From assembly GCA_026770705.1 (NCBI GenBank), contig JANJGN010000052.1:1054001-1118000 (forward strand): a DNA stretch of 64,000 nt, written 5' to 3'. Of this stretch, positions 61,431 through 64,000 are shown piece by piece; position 1 is the stretch's first letter, and each line of letters opens with the position of its first letter. The stretch comes from Isurus oxyrinchus. Lineage: Eukaryota. The notes under the pieces are model-generated. The model was not told the DNA's origin. It searched no databases and saw nothing but the letters and a program-made list of their open reading frames with translations. Made by a program: the position numbers and the translations under genes.

Positions 61431-62741
61431 CTAACAGACAGAGAATGGATCCTTTTAGAGAAATATAACGTGAAGCATCAGTTCAAATAGAAATCACAGT
61501 CCCACACGAGAAAGCACTTTTACAAGGATGATATCAGAACTGAGAGGTTACAATGATCATTTTAGAATTGTCTATTTTTACACTTGTTGAATCTCTGTCA
61601 CTCAGATTAATACACTCTCACTCAGTGACCCTTGATTTGACCAGATTGGGTGAGGGTGGAGGAACAGCTCACAGCTTGGGGAGAACAGACTCAGCATTTG
61701 GAAAAGGATATCGAGACACTGGAGAGGGTGGTAAAAAGCTTCACAAGGATGATCTCTGCAATGTGAGGCTTTACCTATCAGGAGAGGATGAACAGGCTGG
61801 GTCTCTGTTCTCTTGAACAGAGAAGGTTGAAGGGTGACCTCATTTGATCTTTGAAGTAGTGAAAGGTTTTGATCGAGTAGACATGGAGAGAGTGTTTCCA
61901 CTCCTCACAATGAACAAAACCAGAGGCTGACAATATAACATCCTCACTAATAAATCCAATGGGGAATTCAGGAGAAACTTCTTTAACCAGAGAGTGGGGA
62001 GAATGTGTGCTTCAAGAATCACTTCATTGGCTGTGAATCAGTTTAGGATCGTCCTGAGGTGGTGAAAGGCGCTATGGAAATGCGAGACTTGCTTTTGTAT
62101 TTTGAAAGCAGGTTTCCAAGGATGAGATGGGAACTGAGAGGTAACAACAATCAGCAGCAACTTTCCTATTTTCAAACTTGGTGGGGAATGTGTCACTGAG
62201 CTGAATACACTTTCACTCCCAGACCCTTGAATTGCCAACACTGGGGTGTGGGTGATGGAGCAGCCCACAGCTCATGGAACCCTGGCTCATCATTCTCTCA
62301 GAGATCTGGGTCACTGATCCCATTGCTCTCTGTGGGAGCTTCCTGTGTACAAACTCACTGCCACGTTAGTGACTATACTTCAAGAATTTCTTCATTTTCT
62401 GTGAAATGATTTGAAGTTTGCTGAGGTGGTGTAAGGCGCTATAGGAATGCACATCCTTCTTTTGTCAAATTGTTAGACATTTCAAAAGCATTAGGGAGAC
62501 TAATGGGAGTGGATAACCTGATAACATTGATGGACACAGTCAATATATTTAATCATTGATATTAAAGTGAGTAATAGAGGTTGCTTTAGGACTGAATTGG
62601 AAGTTATCACCCGGTTATTGAGAATCAGACAGTCTGTTATAATAAACTGTATTTTGTGTTAATATGTAAACGTCACAGTTTGTGTTATTTCCCATTGAGT
62701 GTTGTATGTGAATTGTTGAGTAATTATAACACAGCACTTAC

Positions 62742-63110
62742 CAGAAACGTGAAGCCGGGTTACAGGGTAATAGTTATGGCTCGGACCATTGTCAAATTCT
62801 ATTCTGAAAAAATAAGGTCCCGCATCTTCCCGTCTGATGCTGTTTATAATCAGGGAACAGTCGCCATCTTTCAGGTCTCCAGACAGCCGGGTCCGATGGC
62901 GGAACCGTGGTAACTCGTGACTGTGATCCTTGGAGTGAAAGGCAATGGGAGCCCGCAATTTGTATTTCTTAATATTTAACCAGATTCCGACTTGTCGTTT
63001 GTTTTCAAAATATGCTGGATAACTGTAATGACATGGAATCTGTACACACGAACCTTCCTGCGCTGTCACCTCTCGTGGAGTGTCACCTTTCCACTCTTGT
63101 AACAGTCCAA
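62742..63110 (-). CDS. Gene C V-set sialic-acid-binding-type domain (signal exon expected just beyond 64000)
   Basis: 369 nt, open. SCVQIPC, GIW, GDCSL and EDAGPYFFRIE with the essential Arg. Confidence 0.95.
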
Positions 63111-64000
63111 CTGGGGAGAGAAATATCAATATTTAACCCTGGATCCTCATTGTTTAAGGAATCTCTGGATCTTCATTGTTTAATGAATCTCTTTGGATCC
63201 TCATTGCCTAAGGGATTATTTCTGATCCAAACCCCATATTGTTGTATTGTTGATTCCAATGCAGCATTGTAGACTGACTTGTCCCCAAGCTCAGCACTGA
63301 CCCTACTCCAGCAGACACTGTGAAACACACTAACAAAGCGCCTCTAGCCTGAGCTCTGCATGTGTCGAGAGAAAGACAAATATACAAACTGAATATTAAC
63401 ACCTTTACACACAGACAGCTTTACCTTCCTTCTCTCTTTCAGTTATCTTGCTCCCTTATTGAAGTATCTAGCAAGGTGAGAATGGACAGGAAGTGTGACA
63501 CTGAACAGCCTGTCTATTCTAGGAGCTGCTGTGTTGTCTTCATGGGAAATTCTGACTAAAATCAGCAATAGACACTAATTTCAGGCCATTGCTGTCAGAG
63601 TCCTAGCCACAAGATAGACTTCATCCCCTGAATTTTGTGTCCAATTTTATACTCAAACTTTCACCTCCGCACACACCCACCCCGACCCCACAAGTCACTC
63701 GCTGACCTACACTGGCTCCCAGTCCAGCAACACCTCGATGTGATTATTTTCACACTTGATTTCCAATCCCTCCATCACTCCGCTCCACTCCCTGTCTCTG
63801 TAACCTACTTCAAACCTACAACCCTCTGTGATCTCTGCACTCCTCCAATTCTGCTGTCAGACAGGGAGTCAGTGTATATCAGTGAGCACAGGGGTGATGG
63901 GTGAATGGGACTTGGTGTGAGTTTGTACACTGGCTCACTGCTGAATCAGTTGCCAATCACAGCTCAATAAGAATGATCTTTTACGAAGACTATTAACCAT

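Noticed and set aside
43630-63110. V exons as rearranging Ig/TCR/IgNAR V segments
   Set aside because: There are no recombination signal sequences, the exons end in GT donors with a complete G strand, and the Cys pattern and YFFR motif are Siglec-type rather than YYC.
19657-63110. Assigning MAG, CD22, SIGLEC1 or CD33 gene symbols
   Set aside because: Domain number and sequence do not allow an orthology call without a phylogeny.

Overview
This is eukaryotic, repeat-rich genomic DNA, most likely from a cartilaginous fish: it carries HE1-like and Deu-domain SINEs, CR1 LINEs, and 33-bp and 37-bp minisatellites. The species cannot be fixed from the sequence alone. I reconstructed exons by hand, and most genes are spliced so the ORF track misses them. 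(1) A three-exon hepcidin (HAMP-like) gene lies on the minus strand (8295-13452). It encodes RQKR followed by an atypical 29-aa 8-Cys peptide, MGRQQLCRFCCNCCNWRESNETCGLCCRY. Its promoter has a TATA box and a GGCGCC BMP-response element, and exon 1 appears to be 1 nt out of frame with exon 2. (2) A Siglec-like (V-set + two C2-set Ig) cluster appears to form a paired-receptor system. Gene B (31530-45520, minus) is inhibitory and has two tandem, alternative ITIM/ITSM tail cassettes. Gene C (55001 to beyond 64000, minus) has a near-identical ectodomain but an Arg-containing TM exon and a short tyrosine-free tail. An inverted copy of that activating TM exon and 3' region sits at the left edge (1008-1147, plus). 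(3) Three Siglec pseudogenes or fragments are present (A, D, E). (4) Gypsy LTR elements, solo LTRs, a Harbinger-type MITE, Penelope-like terminal repeats with a hammerhead-ribozyme motif, and five N-gaps make up the rest. Repeat-family names come from recalled consensus features, not database searches, and repeat boundaries are approximate.
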